In this document: positions 1-9,418 of the stretch, in pieces
How positions within the stretch are numbered: position 1 is the stretch's first letter
How the letters are laid out: each line of letters begins with the position of its first letter
The notes under the pieces: model-generated
What the model was told of the DNA's origin: nothing
Seen by the model: only the letters and a program-made list of their open reading frames with translations
Databases searched by the model: none
NCBI GenBank assembly: GCA_943356415.1
Contig: CALREW010000001.1
Location: 357,745-421,744 of the forward strand
Length of the DNA: 64,000 nt
Direction of reading: 5' to 3'
Source of the DNA: Candidatus Nomurabacteria bacterium
GTDB taxonomy: Bacteria; Patescibacteriota; Minisyncoccia; Phycocordibacterales; SBAW01
Translations under genes and position numbers: made by a program

Positions 1-266
1 TCAATCGTGATATGTCCTCCATTGGCACCATGTCGACTGCGATTTTCACCAGGGCCCCCGTTCCCTGCAGCAAAAAGCTTCTCGCCGGTGTATCGCGAAA
101 GGATGCTGACGTCACGCACCGCACGTACATATACGTTGCCGCCGCGGCCGCCGTTGCCACCCGCGGGTCCGGAATATTCCTTACCTTTAAGGTGGAGCCA
201 GCGAACGACGCCGTCACCGCCACGGCCCGCGCGAGCGTGGATTATTAGTTCATCTACAAATGCCAT
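1..266 (-). CDS. obg: GTPase Obg, N-terminal part (5' partial in window; gene continues beyond coordinate 1)
   Basis: Minus-strand translation from ATG at 264-266 reads MAFVDELIIHARAGRGGDGVVRWLHLKGKEYSGPAGGNGGRGGNVYVRAV... This is the glycine-rich Obg-fold N-terminal domain. There is no stop before the window edge. Confidence 0.8.
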   Translation of the reverse strand, partial: MAFVDELIIHARAGRGGDGVVRWLHLKGKEYSGPAGGNGGRGGNVYVRAVRDVSILSRYTGEKLFAAGNGGPGENRSRHGANGGHITI

Positions 267-313
267 ATATGGTCAGTAGAGCGGAGCTTACACGAGTTTG
301 CCCTACGAAGCGA

Positions 314-652
314 CTACCCGAGTAGGTGATCAACAATGTATGAGACGGCGGACAGTATCGCGGATCCAACAACTGCCGGAATGATGCCGTCAACAACAAA
401 CCCTGGAACAACGTATGTCATCGCAAAGAAAAGAATTGCGTTGAGGACAAACGAGAACAGTCCGAGCGTAATCAGCGTCAGTGGAAATGTAAGAACTTTG
501 AGTACCGGTCGAACGAGCATAACGATAAGTGACCAGACCGCAGCAACGATAAGTATCGTCTCTGTGGTACTAACGTGAATACCATTGATATAGGTCGCGA
601 TGGCATAGACTGCCGCCGCAACAGCCAAGAATCTAATGACTAGCTTAATCAT
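314..652 (-). CDS. small 4-TM membrane protein, Phage_holin_4_2/YvlD-like (DUF360) family
   Basis: 112 aa and entirely hydrophobic with four predicted TM segments. The C-terminal VPGFVVDG...AVVGS pattern is typical of this family. Confidence 0.5.
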   Translation of the reverse strand: MIKLVIRFLAVAAAVYAIATYINGIHVSTTETILIVAAVWSLIVMLVRPVLKVLTFPLTLITLGLFSFVLNAILFFAMTYVVPGFVVDGIIPAVVGSAILSAVSYIVDHLLG

Positions 653-817
653 CTAAATAGTTTAACAGATGTTTTTCCCCTATTCCTCGTCAACACCTGA
701 GATAAAAGGCTCAGATGCAAGGCGTGGGGATGAGCGCGAGGAGGCGTATCTCTGTGCATACGGTGACGAGTCCGTGGGGACCCACAACGCAGCAGGTGTG
801 CCTTTTAGACAGGCGGC

Positions 818-1600
818 TTATTGGCGAAGACCTAAGCCCTTGCGGATCAAATACCAGTTTATGGAAACCAACACCACAATCATTGTTCCCAATATCGCTA
901 CCGATATCCACAACGATACGTCTGCCGTTCCTAAAAATCCGTAACGGAAGCCGTTGATGAGATAAAACAGCGGGTTCGCGTACGTAATAGCCTGCCACCA
1001 CGCTGGGAGCGAGTGCACAGAGTAGAACACGCCACCGAGGTACACGAGCGGTGTGAGCACAAATGTCGGCACCAAATTAATGCCATCTATCGACTTCGCG
1101 TAGATACCGTTAACCAGACCAGCCAGCGCAAACACCAAACATGTCAGTAGCGCGAACCCGAGAATAATGAGTGCGCTGTGGACGGAGAGCGAGAGCTCAG
1201 TGAAAAATACGGAAACGAGGAGCACGATGGCACCTGTGAGCAGGCCGCGTATCAATCCCCCGCCGATAAAACCCGCAATCATCACCCACGGCGGCGTTGG
1301 AGAAACTAAAATCTCATCGATGGAGCGGGCGAAGAATTTCGACGAGAAGAAGGTGAAAGACGTATTGGAGTAGGATGTCGTCACTATCGAGAGCATGACA
1401 AGTCCTGGTACGACGAAGGTCATATACGGGACCCCCTGCATGTCGCCAATGCGGGAGCCCAGTACGGTCCCAAACACAAGGAAGTAGAGGACCGAAGTAA
1501 CTACGGAAGGGAGAAACGTCTGGACCCAGATGCGGAACATGCGTACGACGTCACGTCGTACCATGGTGTAAAAGGAAATCCAGCGTCGGTAATTATTCAT
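818..1600 (-). CDS. ABC-2 type transporter permease
   Basis: Multi-TM protein immediately downstream of the ABC ATPase. Start reassigned to the internal Met (MNNYRRW...) at 1598-1600 so that it abuts the ATPase stop instead of overlapping it by 170 bp. Confidence 0.75.
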   Translation of the reverse strand: MNNYRRWISFYTMVRRDVVRMFRIWVQTFLPSVVTSVLYFLVFGTVLGSRIGDMQGVPYMTFVVPGLVMLSIVTTSYSNTSFTFFSSKFFARSIDEILVSPTPPWVMIAGFIGGGLIRGLLTGAIVLLVSVFFTELSLSVHSALIILGFALLTCLVFALAGLVNGIYAKSIDGINLVPTFVLTPLVYLGGVFYSVHSLPAWWQAITYANPLFYLINGFRYGFLGTADVSLWISVAILGTMIVVLVSINWYLIRKGLGLRQ

Positions 1601-1601
1601 A

Positions 1602-2357
1602 TTATTTATCAGAGGTGAGCATGAGGAACACCTCTTCGAGCTTGCCTCCGCGATACCCGTCTTTCGATTCAGAGCCGTCATGCATCGCAAGAATCTCTTG
1701 CATTGAACCTTGGGCAGCAATCTCTCCTTTATTGATGATGGCCACATGCGATGCCAACTGTTCAGCCTCTTCAAGGTAGTGAGTGGTGAGCAGTACGGTG
1801 AGACCTCCGGCAGTAAGCTTCTTTAGGTAATCCCACATCGAACGGCGCAGCTCAACGTCAACACCCGCCGTTGGTTCGTCGAGGATGAGGAATCGTGGCT
1901 CGTGCACAAGCGCACGCGCAATCATCAAACGTCTTTTCATGCCACCACTAAGCGTCAATCCACTCTGGTACATCTTCTCGCCAAGACCAAGATCCTCGAG
2001 AAGCTGTTTTGCACGAGGAATGGCCTTTGAGCGCGGGATACCGTAGTAGCCAGCTTGGTTGACGACAATATCAAATGGCTTTTCAAATGGATTGAAATTG
2101 AGCTCTTGTCCCACAAGACCAAGCTGCGCCTTGGCCTCCTCTGGATTTTTGTCTATGTCATAGCCAAAGACCGAGACGGTGCCTCCGGTTTTATTGACCA
2201 GCCCTGTGGCAATGCCGATAAGCGTCGTTTTTCCAGCCCCATTGGGACCGAGGAGTGCGAAAAAGTCTCCTTCGGGTATTTCAAGCGAAACGCCCTTCAG
2301 CGCTTCGGTACCGGAAGCGTATTTTTTGGTGAGATTAGAAACGGAGAGTGCCTGCAT
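1602..2357 (-). CDS. ABC transporter ATP-binding protein
   Basis: Walker A GPNGAGKTT, ABC signature LSGGMKRR, Walker B LILDEPTAGVD. Confidence 0.9.
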   Translation of the reverse strand: MQALSVSNLTKKYASGTEALKGVSLEIPEGDFFALLGPNGAGKTTLIGIATGLVNKTGGTVSVFGYDIDKNPEEAKAQLGLVGQELNFNPFEKPFDIVVNQAGYYGIPRSKAIPRAKQLLEDLGLGEKMYQSGLTLSGGMKRRLMIARALVHEPRFLILDEPTAGVDVELRRSMWDYLKKLTAGGLTVLLTTHYLEEAEQLASHVAIINKGEIAAQGSMQEILAMHDGSESKDGYRGGKLEEVFLMLTSDK

Positions 2358-2386
2358 GGGGGGCAGTATACAGGAAATGTTCTCTT

Positions 2387-2812
2387 CTAACGAATACGGT
2401 CACGTATGGAGGCAAGAAATGCAACATCTTTAGGATGAGTGAGCAATGAAAGCGCTTCATCAATAGTTACCCATCGCGCTTCAGTTATCTCTCCGTCGGG
2501 GTCAGACGGCTTCAGCTCATGTTCGGTTGTTTTAAAAAGGAAAAACGTGCGGTGCCCCATTGGCCGATCATGATCCTCGCCTACTCCGCCATGCGCTATG
2601 GAATACCGCTCGTACGCTCCAAGTTCTTTAATAAGCTCTAACTCCTTAATGCCTGTTTCCTCTTCTATTTCCCGGTGTGCGCACTCAACAAGCAACTCTC
2701 CCTCCTCAATTCCACCCTTTGGCAATGACCAAGAATTGCTATGCTGACGCACCAGCACGATGCGACCATCTTCTCCAAGCACTACCCCTCCGGCAGAAAT
2801 GCGCGGATTCAT
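2387..2812 (-). CDS. NUDIX hydrolase
   Basis: Nudix box GGIEEGELLVECAHREIEEETGI. Confidence 0.85.
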   Translation of the reverse strand: MNPRISAGGVVLGEDGRIVLVRQHSNSWSLPKGGIEEGELLVECAHREIEEETGIKELELIKELGAYERYSIAHGGVGEDHDRPMGHRTFFLFKTTEHELKPSDPDGEITEARWVTIDEALSLLTHPKDVAFLASIRDRIR

Positions 2813-5283
2813 GCGCTCTGTGTAGGATGCAATCGACTCTGATGTTCTTCAGTATTAAGAAGTCCGCACTGTTTCCATTTCTTCCCCGAACCGCACGGGC
2901 AGGGGTCGTTACGTCCGATGTCGTCGGGAGTCCCTGCTGGCAGGCTCGGAATGGTAGCGCTCGATTGCATGCTAAGCGCGCCCGGCATGATAGAGAGGCG
3001 CAGAATAAGTTCAACCGTCTGAGCTGATGAAGATGCCTCCATATCTTTAAAGAGCCTCAATCCTTCTTTGCGGTATTCAATAAGTGGGTCTCTCTGGCCG
3101 TAGGCGCGCAAGTTAACGCTTGAACGTAAGTAATCCATTGCTTCAAGGTGCTCGAGCCAGAAGAGGTCGCTTGTCTGGAGCGCAATGCGGCGAGACGCTT
3201 CCAAGAATGCATCAGTGCCGATGTCGGCTTCCTTCTTCTTGAGTTGCTCGAGGGCGTCCGGACTGAGACGCAAAGCAAACTCTTCCAAAACTTTGCGCAC
3301 TTCGTCTGCCGTACCGGTGAGCATGATGCGACGGCGAGAATAGATGGAGACGCGCTGTTTGTTGAGAACATCGTCAAACTCAAGCACGTGTTTGCGTGCA
3401 TCGAAGTGGTGACCTTCTATTTTGGTCTGCGCTGACTCAAGCGAGCGACTGATAACGCGATTGGCAATCGGTTCATCCTCGGGGATACCGAACGACCCCA
3501 TCATTCGTTTGATGGTGTCTGAGGCAAAAATGCGCATCAGGTCATCGGTAAGTGCGACATAAAACTGCGTCTCGCCTGGGTCTCCTTGACGACCAGAGCG
3601 GCCACGCAACTGATTGTCGATGCGTCGAGCTTCGTGTCGCTCAGTTCCCACGACAAAGAGTCCGCCGAGTCGCTTCACTTCTTCATATTCCTCAATAGTC
3701 GCTGGTATACCACCAAGCTTGATGTCGACACCGCGGCCGGCCATGTTGGTTGCGACGGTGACTTTCCCCTTTTTGCCTGCCTGAGCGACTATTTCTCCTT
3801 CGCGCTCATGATTCTTTGCATTAAGGATTTCGTGCGGCACCCCTTCTTTCGTAAGGTAGGCCGAGAGAAGCTCGTTTTTCTCTATAGATACCGTACCAAC
3901 AAGAACCGGCTGCCCTTTTTGATGCAATTCTTTTACTTTGCGAGCAAGGGCTTTAAATTTGCCCTCTTCCGTCTGGAAGATAAGGTCGTCACGATCGATA
4001 CGTGCGGCGGGGCGATTTGAAGGTATCTCAACCGTCTCGAGCTTGTAGACTTTGTAAAACTCCTCACGAGAGGTCGACGCGGTACCTGTCATTCCCGCAA
4101 GCTTTCCATACATACGGAAATAGTTTTGGTACGTGACTGAAGCATAGGTGCGCGATTCCTTCTGTACTGGAACGCCTTCTTTTGCTTCAACCGCTTGGTG
4201 CAACCCTTCAGACCAACGGCGACCAGGCTGCAGTTTGCCCGTAAATTCATCAACAATGACGACCTCGCCGTCGCGCACTACATATTGATTGTCCTTTTTA
4301 TAGAGCGCTTTGGCTCGTACCGCGGTCTCAAGGTGATGGACGTACTTGATGCCTTTTTCGGTATAGATATTGTCTATACCCATGGCCTTTTCAGCCGATT
4401 CGATGCCCTGGTCACTCAATTTGACCGAACGATGCTTCTCATCAACCTCATAATCTGCTCCTTCAGAGAGTCGCTCTGCTATTTTGGCAAACGTCTTATA
4501 GAGTTCGTCACCGTCGGAAGATGGTGCCGAAATAATAAGCGGCGTACGAGACTCGTCGATAAGAATGGAGTCCACCTCGTCCACAATTGCAAAGTGGTGG
4601 TCCCGCTGGCGCAACTCTCCTACTTGATAGGCAATATTGTCACGAAGGTAGTCAAAGCCAAATTCGCTATTGGTTCCATACGTTATGTCAGCCAAATAGG
4701 CTTCGCGACGCGAACATGGGCGCAAAAACTCATAAAATACCTTGAACGAACCCTCTTCATCACGCATCTCATCGGTCTCGATATGTCCTGCATCATAAAG
4801 ATACGACGTCTCGTGATTTATAACGGCAAGCGAGAGTCCAAGTGCGGCGTACACCTGCCCCATCCACACCGCATCGCGTCGTGCGAGATAATCATTCACC
4901 GTGATAACGTGCACTCCCTTTCCTTCAAGTGCGTTGAGATAAGCCGGCAACGTTGCAACCAGTGTTTTACCTTCGCCGGTTTTCATTTCGGCAATTGCAT
5001 GTCGATGCAAGACAAAACCACCGATAAGCTGTACGTCAAAATGACGCAGACCCATCGTGCGTCGGCCCGCTTCGCGCACCGCTGCAAACGCCTCAGGCAA
5101 TAGCTGATCAATCGTTTCCCCTTTCGCGAGGCGTTCTCGGAAATACGGGGTGAGGCCTTTAAGCGCTTCGTCACTTAATCCCTTCATTTTCTCCTCGTAG
5201 GAGGCAACTTTAGGCACGATTGCCTCTGCCTCCTTGCGCAGGCGGTTTTCATCAAAAGAAAAAAGTTTTCCGAGGAGCGTCAT
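2809..5283 (-). CDS. secA: preprotein translocase ATPase SecA
   Basis: 824 aa. DEAD-like motor motifs and the C-terminal zinc-binding tail CPCGSGKKWKQC are present. Overall SecA architecture. Confidence 0.97.
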   Translation of the reverse strand: MTLLGKLFSFDENRLRKEAEAIVPKVASYEEKMKGLSDEALKGLTPYFRERLAKGETIDQLLPEAFAAVREAGRRTMGLRHFDVQLIGGFVLHRHAIAEMKTGEGKTLVATLPAYLNALEGKGVHVITVNDYLARRDAVWMGQVYAALGLSLAVINHETSYLYDAGHIETDEMRDEEGSFKVFYEFLRPCSRREAYLADITYGTNSEFGFDYLRDNIAYQVGELRQRDHHFAIVDEVDSILIDESRTPLIISAPSSDGDELYKTFAKIAERLSEGADYEVDEKHRSVKLSDQGIESAEKAMGIDNIYTEKGIKYVHHLETAVRAKALYKKDNQYVVRDGEVVIVDEFTGKLQPGRRWSEGLHQAVEAKEGVPVQKESRTYASVTYQNYFRMYGKLAGMTGTASTSREEFYKVYKLETVEIPSNRPAARIDRDDLIFQTEEGKFKALARKVKELHQKGQPVLVGTVSIEKNELLSAYLTKEGVPHEILNAKNHEREGEIVAQAGKKGKVTVATNMAGRGVDIKLGGIPATIEEYEEVKRLGGLFVVGTERHEARRIDNQLRGRSGRQGDPGETQFYVALTDDLMRIFASDTIKRMMGSFGIPEDEPIANRVISRSLESAQTKIEGHHFDARKHVLEFDDVLNKQRVSIYSRRRIMLTGTADEVRKVLEEFALRLSPDALEQLKKKEADIGTDAFLEASRRIALQTSDLFWLEHLEAMDYLRSSVNLRAYGQRDPLIEYRKEGLRLFKDMEASSSAQTVELILRLSIMPGALSMQSSATIPSLPAGTPDDIGRNDPCPCGSGKKWKQCGLLNTEEHQSRLHPTQSA

Positions 5284-5299
5284 TACGGGGCTAGCATAA

Positions 5300-5332
5300 C
5301 AAAAAACACCCCGCCGAGCGAGGTGTTTTTTG
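5300..5332. terminator. A-tract/11-bp stem/T-tract hairpin between the micro-ORF and the secA ATG (terminator- or attenuator-like)
   Basis: caaaaaacacc-ccgccgagcga-ggtgttttttg, flanked by an A-run and a T-run. Confidence 0.45.
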
Positions 5333-5344
5333 TCGTGCCTGAGA

Positions 5345-5410
5345 TTAGGCGCGGCGGCGAGACTTCTTTGCAGCCTTCTTCTTCTTTGCGGCCTTCTTTT
5401 TCTTTGCCAT
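5345..5410 (-). CDS. candidate 21-aa poly-Lys/Ala micro-ORF (MAKKKKAAKKKKAAKKSRRRA) upstream of secA; coding status unproven
   Basis: Seen directly: ATG...TAA on the minus strand, 62 nt upstream of the secA start codon. No obvious SD. Could be spurious. Confidence 0.2.
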   Translation of the reverse strand: MAKKKKAAKKKKAAKKSRRRA

Positions 5411-5610
5411 AGTGGTAGCGTTTTTTGTAGTTCTGCATCGATCGACCTCGCGTTGTGCGCATGTGTGATACATGTGCGCAGGCGTATTGTTCGATGTCTT
5501 GCTCTAAGTATCGCGCGTGCACACCTTCGTTACAATGCATTGCACGATTTTTTTGTGGATAACTTCGCGCGATGTTTTTTTGCGCGCATGTTCCAAAAAA
5601 CTATTTTATT

Positions 5611-6648
5611 TCAAAGCGTATTGCCCATCTGCGCACCGTGCATGATAACTACTTCCGGTTCAAGTTCTATGTTAACCAGTGCAAAAACTTTTTCTTTAAC
5701 TTCGAGTGCGAGATTCCGCACGTCACGCGCAGACGCTCCACGATCTGCAACAAGTGCGAGTGCTTGTTTTTCAAAGAGTCTCACCGTGCCGCGACGGTAC
5801 CCGCGCAATCCAAGCGCATGATCAAGAAGCCACGCGACAGGTATTTTTATTTCATCAGTTTCTGGCACTGGAAATACGGGCAATCCAGGAAAACGCGCAA
5901 TAAGTGCGTCGGCCTGCACCCGCTCTACACTCGGATTTCTAAAAAATGAACCGGCAGTCCCTTCGCGAGAGAGGTCTGGGAATTTGCCTGCACGTATGGC
6001 AACGACCGCCTCACGCACTTCTTGCAGTGAAGGCGCGGTGTCAGTAAAACGCTCCCGCAAATCGCGGTATGCAGTATTGGCACTACCTTCATGAGAGAGC
6101 TCAAACTGCACTCCGAGTATGACGAAGCGGTTAGGGTTTTTCTTGAACATCGATATGCGGTAGCCGAAGCCACACTCAGCCTTTGTGATGCGTCGGACTA
6201 ACATCGCCTGGCGATCGAACACATCAACAAATGAGAGATGCTGGGAAAGTGCAGCTCCGTATGCCCCAATATTTTGCACAATAGCACCACCAATACTTCC
6301 CGGTATTGCTGAGAGATTTTCAAGACCCCACAACCCGCGTTTTACTGACTCATCAACAAGAGCATCCCACGACACGGACGCTCCTGCATTAACCTCTACG
6401 ATGTTATTCCCTTCAGTGAAAGAAAGGTCATTAAAACGAGGAGCTATAAAAACACCCTCAGCTTCACCATCATCTGCAAGGATGTTTGCTCCCCCTCCGA
6501 TAACGACAACTGGGAGTTTCTTCTGTTCTGCAAATAAGAACGCTTCCCCTATTTCCTCAGGAGTTGCAACTTCAATAAAATAGCGAGCGCTGCCACCGAC
6601 CATAAACGTCGTTCGAGGAGCAAGCGGTTCGTGTTCGAGAATAGTCAT
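5611..6648 (-). CDS. murB: UDP-N-acetylenolpyruvoylglucosamine reductase MurB
   Basis: N-terminal FAD-binding domain (TTFMVGGSARYF...VVVIGGGANIL) and C-terminal MurB domain. Confidence 0.9.
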   Translation of the reverse strand: MTILEHEPLAPRTTFMVGGSARYFIEVATPEEIGEAFLFAEQKKLPVVVIGGGANILADDGEAEGVFIAPRFNDLSFTEGNNIVEVNAGASVSWDALVDESVKRGLWGLENLSAIPGSIGGAIVQNIGAYGAALSQHLSFVDVFDRQAMLVRRITKAECGFGYRISMFKKNPNRFVILGVQFELSHEGSANTAYRDLRERFTDTAPSLQEVREAVVAIRAGKFPDLSREGTAGSFFRNPSVERVQADALIARFPGLPVFPVPETDEIKIPVAWLLDHALGLRGYRRGTVRLFEKQALALVADRGASARDVRNLALEVKEKVFALVNIELEPEVVIMHGAQMGNTL

Positions 6649-6672
6649 GAACGGCGCCTGAGGAGCAACTAG

Positions 6673-8886
6673 CTAGAGGTTTCCGCCAAGCTCACGCGCA
6701 ACTTGCGAGAGCGCCTCACGGTACTGCGGAGCTTTCTGCGCCGCCAAACGGAGCGTTGCAATAGCAGAGGGGAGATTCCCGGACTCTTTTTGAGCAACCG
6801 CGTACGACACCAGTTTTTGTATATTGTCTGGATCAGCCGAAACCTTCATCTTCCATATCGCGGCGACCTTATCGAACTCCTCTGCACGCACGTACGCGGT
6901 CAGTAGCCGACTGTCGTCAATAACGTCAGTACCGAACCATCCGGTAAGGAGTTTTTCTCCTTCGTCAGCCTGTTCATTCATGATAAGTGCCGAGGCGTAG
7001 AAAATGCGCGCCTCCCTAAACTCAGGCGCAAGCTCATATGCCGCACGGGTGACCTCAACTGCTTTTTGTAGATTGCCTGTCTGTGCGTAGTTATTAAACG
7101 CCGTTTCAAACGAGATCCATTGTTTTGCAGGCGAAAGCTCGTGCGCACGCAGTAGATGCGGGAGTGCCTCACTGTACGCACCAGCCTGATCAAGGAAGGC
7201 ACCGTAGAAAAGCTCGAGACGGGCATCGTCGGGACGCTCGGCAAGCATGGCTAGACCCCGCTCCTTCGCAAGTGCGATGAAGCCCGCTCGGATATCCGGC
7301 GACACGTTTTGATTCGCACTTATTACCGCCGTTGCCTGAAACAATTGTTCAATCGCTTCTTGTCGGCCAAGTGGTCCACTCAACGCTACCGTCTTAAACG
7401 ACTCGAGGTTTTCTTTTGGGTCTTTTGCAACCTGCACACTTTGACCGAGTGAGTTCTTTCCAATCTTGGCTGAAGAAATAGCATCGATCAATTGGTGCGA
7501 TGTGGTAATGCCTGGAACATTTAGATACCAGACGGCTGCACACGTCAGTACGACGCTCGCTGCACCGGTGAGCCACAAGAAACCTCCTGTGACCGGGCGC
7601 GTGAGCACAATACTCGAAGGAAGCGGCCGACGCGTGAGTGAGTGTGCGAGCGCGAGTATAAGGAAGAAGTACATTGAACTTACCAAGTTGTCGAAGACAA
7701 AGAATGAGTGAAATGCGTACGCGGCAATAAGTCCGATAAGTATCGAACGCTCGGCGACAGTAAGTCCTGGACCTTTAAAGAATGCCCAAAACGCAAGCGC
7801 AAAGAGGCTTATAAAGGCAGCGAATGCGACAACACCTCCCGCAACGAGCCAATCAATGTACTCGCTGTGCGCACGATCGAACCACTGCTCCTGCCCATAC
7901 ATCTGCGGGTTGTAGTACTTGTTGAAGACATAACTAAAGTTTTCCTGACCCCAACCAAGTATTGGGTGTTCCTTAAATCCCTCGTACGCCATGCCCCAAA
8001 TCATGAAGCGCGCCTTGATGGTTGTTTCGGTAGCAGAAATAGTGGCGAAGCGACTTAACACTGGATTGCGCTGAACTGCCGGCAGATTGTGAACCGCAAC
8101 AAATCCGACAACAATGAGACCTATTGCAACGAGTACCCCGATAGCCCATTTCCTGAGTGCCGGACGGCTCGTATCAAAAAGCCCTATGCCAAGTGCTGCC
8201 ACAATCAAGCCTCCAAGAAGGCCGAGTGTCGCACTGCGAGTCGCTGTGTAATAGAGCGCCACCGCATCAAGCACAATCGCGAGACCGTAGAGATATTGGA
8301 CGAAGCGAGGGCCTCTCCAGCGCATCATAAGGAACAACCCAATGAATACATGGAAGAGCATGTACACCGCCATATAAATAGCATTGCCAAACGTGCCATC
8401 TACGCGTATGCCGCCCTGGTTAATAACGAAGGCGCCACTCACTTGCAAGATTCCATAGACGCTCATGCAAAACGAGGCGAAAAGTGACGTCTGCAAGAAC
8501 CGCTCCCACAACTTCTCGGTAGAAAGCAATATGGTCACCACAAAGAACCACAAACCCATGTGAAGGGTGCCTATAAGCCCTTCCATGCGCTCAAAATTGC
8601 TCCAGAAGCTCTTTATAGGGTCAACACTGCCTATTGTGGCGAGTATCGCGGCTGCCATAAGGGAAAGTACGGCAATGCCTACCCAGGAAAATCGAGGGCG
8701 GTATTCCGGGTAACGCAGGGCCAAGATAAGGGTTCCTCCGGCAAGGAGCTCAATCAAGATACGGAATGCGAAGTTCTTCCCCGTAATAAACGGGAAAAAC
8801 ATACCATCGGCCACAAAAAACGGTATAAGAAAAACGCTAAAGAGGCCGGTGAGAAGTGTTATTCTCAGCAGATTTTTAGTCTCCAT
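6673..8886 (-). CDS. O-antigen ligase (Wzy_C)-like polytopic membrane protein fused to C-terminal TPR repeats
   Basis: About 12 TM segments in the N-terminal 450 aa. The C-terminal ~250 aa are TPR-like helical repeats (AYELAPEFREARIFYASAL..). Confidence 0.6.
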   Translation of the reverse strand: METKNLLRITLLTGLFSVFLIPFFVADGMFFPFITGKNFAFRILIELLAGGTLILALRYPEYRPRFSWVGIAVLSLMAAAILATIGSVDPIKSFWSNFERMEGLIGTLHMGLWFFVVTILLSTEKLWERFLQTSLFASFCMSVYGILQVSGAFVINQGGIRVDGTFGNAIYMAVYMLFHVFIGLFLMMRWRGPRFVQYLYGLAIVLDAVALYYTATRSATLGLLGGLIVAALGIGLFDTSRPALRKWAIGVLVAIGLIVVGFVAVHNLPAVQRNPVLSRFATISATETTIKARFMIWGMAYEGFKEHPILGWGQENFSYVFNKYYNPQMYGQEQWFDRAHSEYIDWLVAGGVVAFAAFISLFALAFWAFFKGPGLTVAERSILIGLIAAYAFHSFFVFDNLVSSMYFFLILALAHSLTRRPLPSSIVLTRPVTGGFLWLTGAASVVLTCAAVWYLNVPGITTSHQLIDAISSAKIGKNSLGQSVQVAKDPKENLESFKTVALSGPLGRQEAIEQLFQATAVISANQNVSPDIRAGFIALAKERGLAMLAERPDDARLELFYGAFLDQAGAYSEALPHLLRAHELSPAKQWISFETAFNNYAQTGNLQKAVEVTRAAYELAPEFREARIFYASALIMNEQADEGEKLLTGWFGTDVIDDSRLLTAYVRAEEFDKVAAIWKMKVSADPDNIQKLVSYAVAQKESGNLPSAIATLRLAAQKAPQYREALSQVARELGGNL

Positions 8887-8938
8887 GTGGCCATACTATA
8901 CCACCATCAAGTCAGCGACCATCAACGACTGCTTATGC

Positions 8939-9418
8939 TCACGATTGAGGCGTATGAGGAAGTGGTGCCGTTTTTTCTTCGCGAAAAAGGACAAATTTGA
9001 AGAGGAGGAACGTCACGACCGAAAAAATAAGGATGACTGAAGCAATGACCACAAGGTACCAATTAACACCGACGAACGCGGTGACGTGTTTGACGACGTA
9101 CGCCTGCACATACGTCAACACAAGTGAGTAGACCAAGAAAATGACGAGTCGACGCGTATGATCACCTTTTGTTTTAAAGGTGACAGCCGTATGCAGCACA
9201 AAATTGTAGAGAAGATTCGCCGCAAGGCCAATAAGATAGGCTGAAAAATAGTGTTCGCGCCCAAATACCAGCTCAGCAAAAGCGGCCGTGATACCGAGAT
9301 TGATAGCCACTCCTGTCGCTCCAACAACAAAAAAGTGAAGATACCGCGTACGCACAAGCAGGCGATACCACCATAGTGGATTAAAAAACTCAGCGGACGG
9401 ACGGTCAGTAGTCGTCAT
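8939..9418 (-). CDS. gtrA: GtrA-family small membrane protein (polyprenyl-P-sugar flippase component)
   Basis: 159 aa, 4 TM, YRLLVRTRYLHFFVVGATGVAINLGI... typical GtrA-like fold. Confidence 0.75.
   Translation of the reverse strand: MTTTDRPSAEFFNPLWWYRLLVRTRYLHFFVVGATGVAINLGITAAFAELVFGREHYFSAYLIGLAANLLYNFVLHTAVTFKTKGDHTRRLVIFLVYSLVLTYVQAYVVKHVTAFVGVNWYLVVIASVILIFSVVTFLLFKFVLFREEKTAPLPHTPQS

Noticed and set aside
4195-5103. 302-aa plus-strand ORF
   Set aside because: Antisense to secA, which is unambiguous.
5283-5540. 85-aa minus-strand ORF overlapping the secA start region
   Set aside because: It is the alternate frame of the Lys-rich stretch (GKEKEGRKEEEG...), overlaps the secA start codon, and has no motifs. 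Likely spurious.
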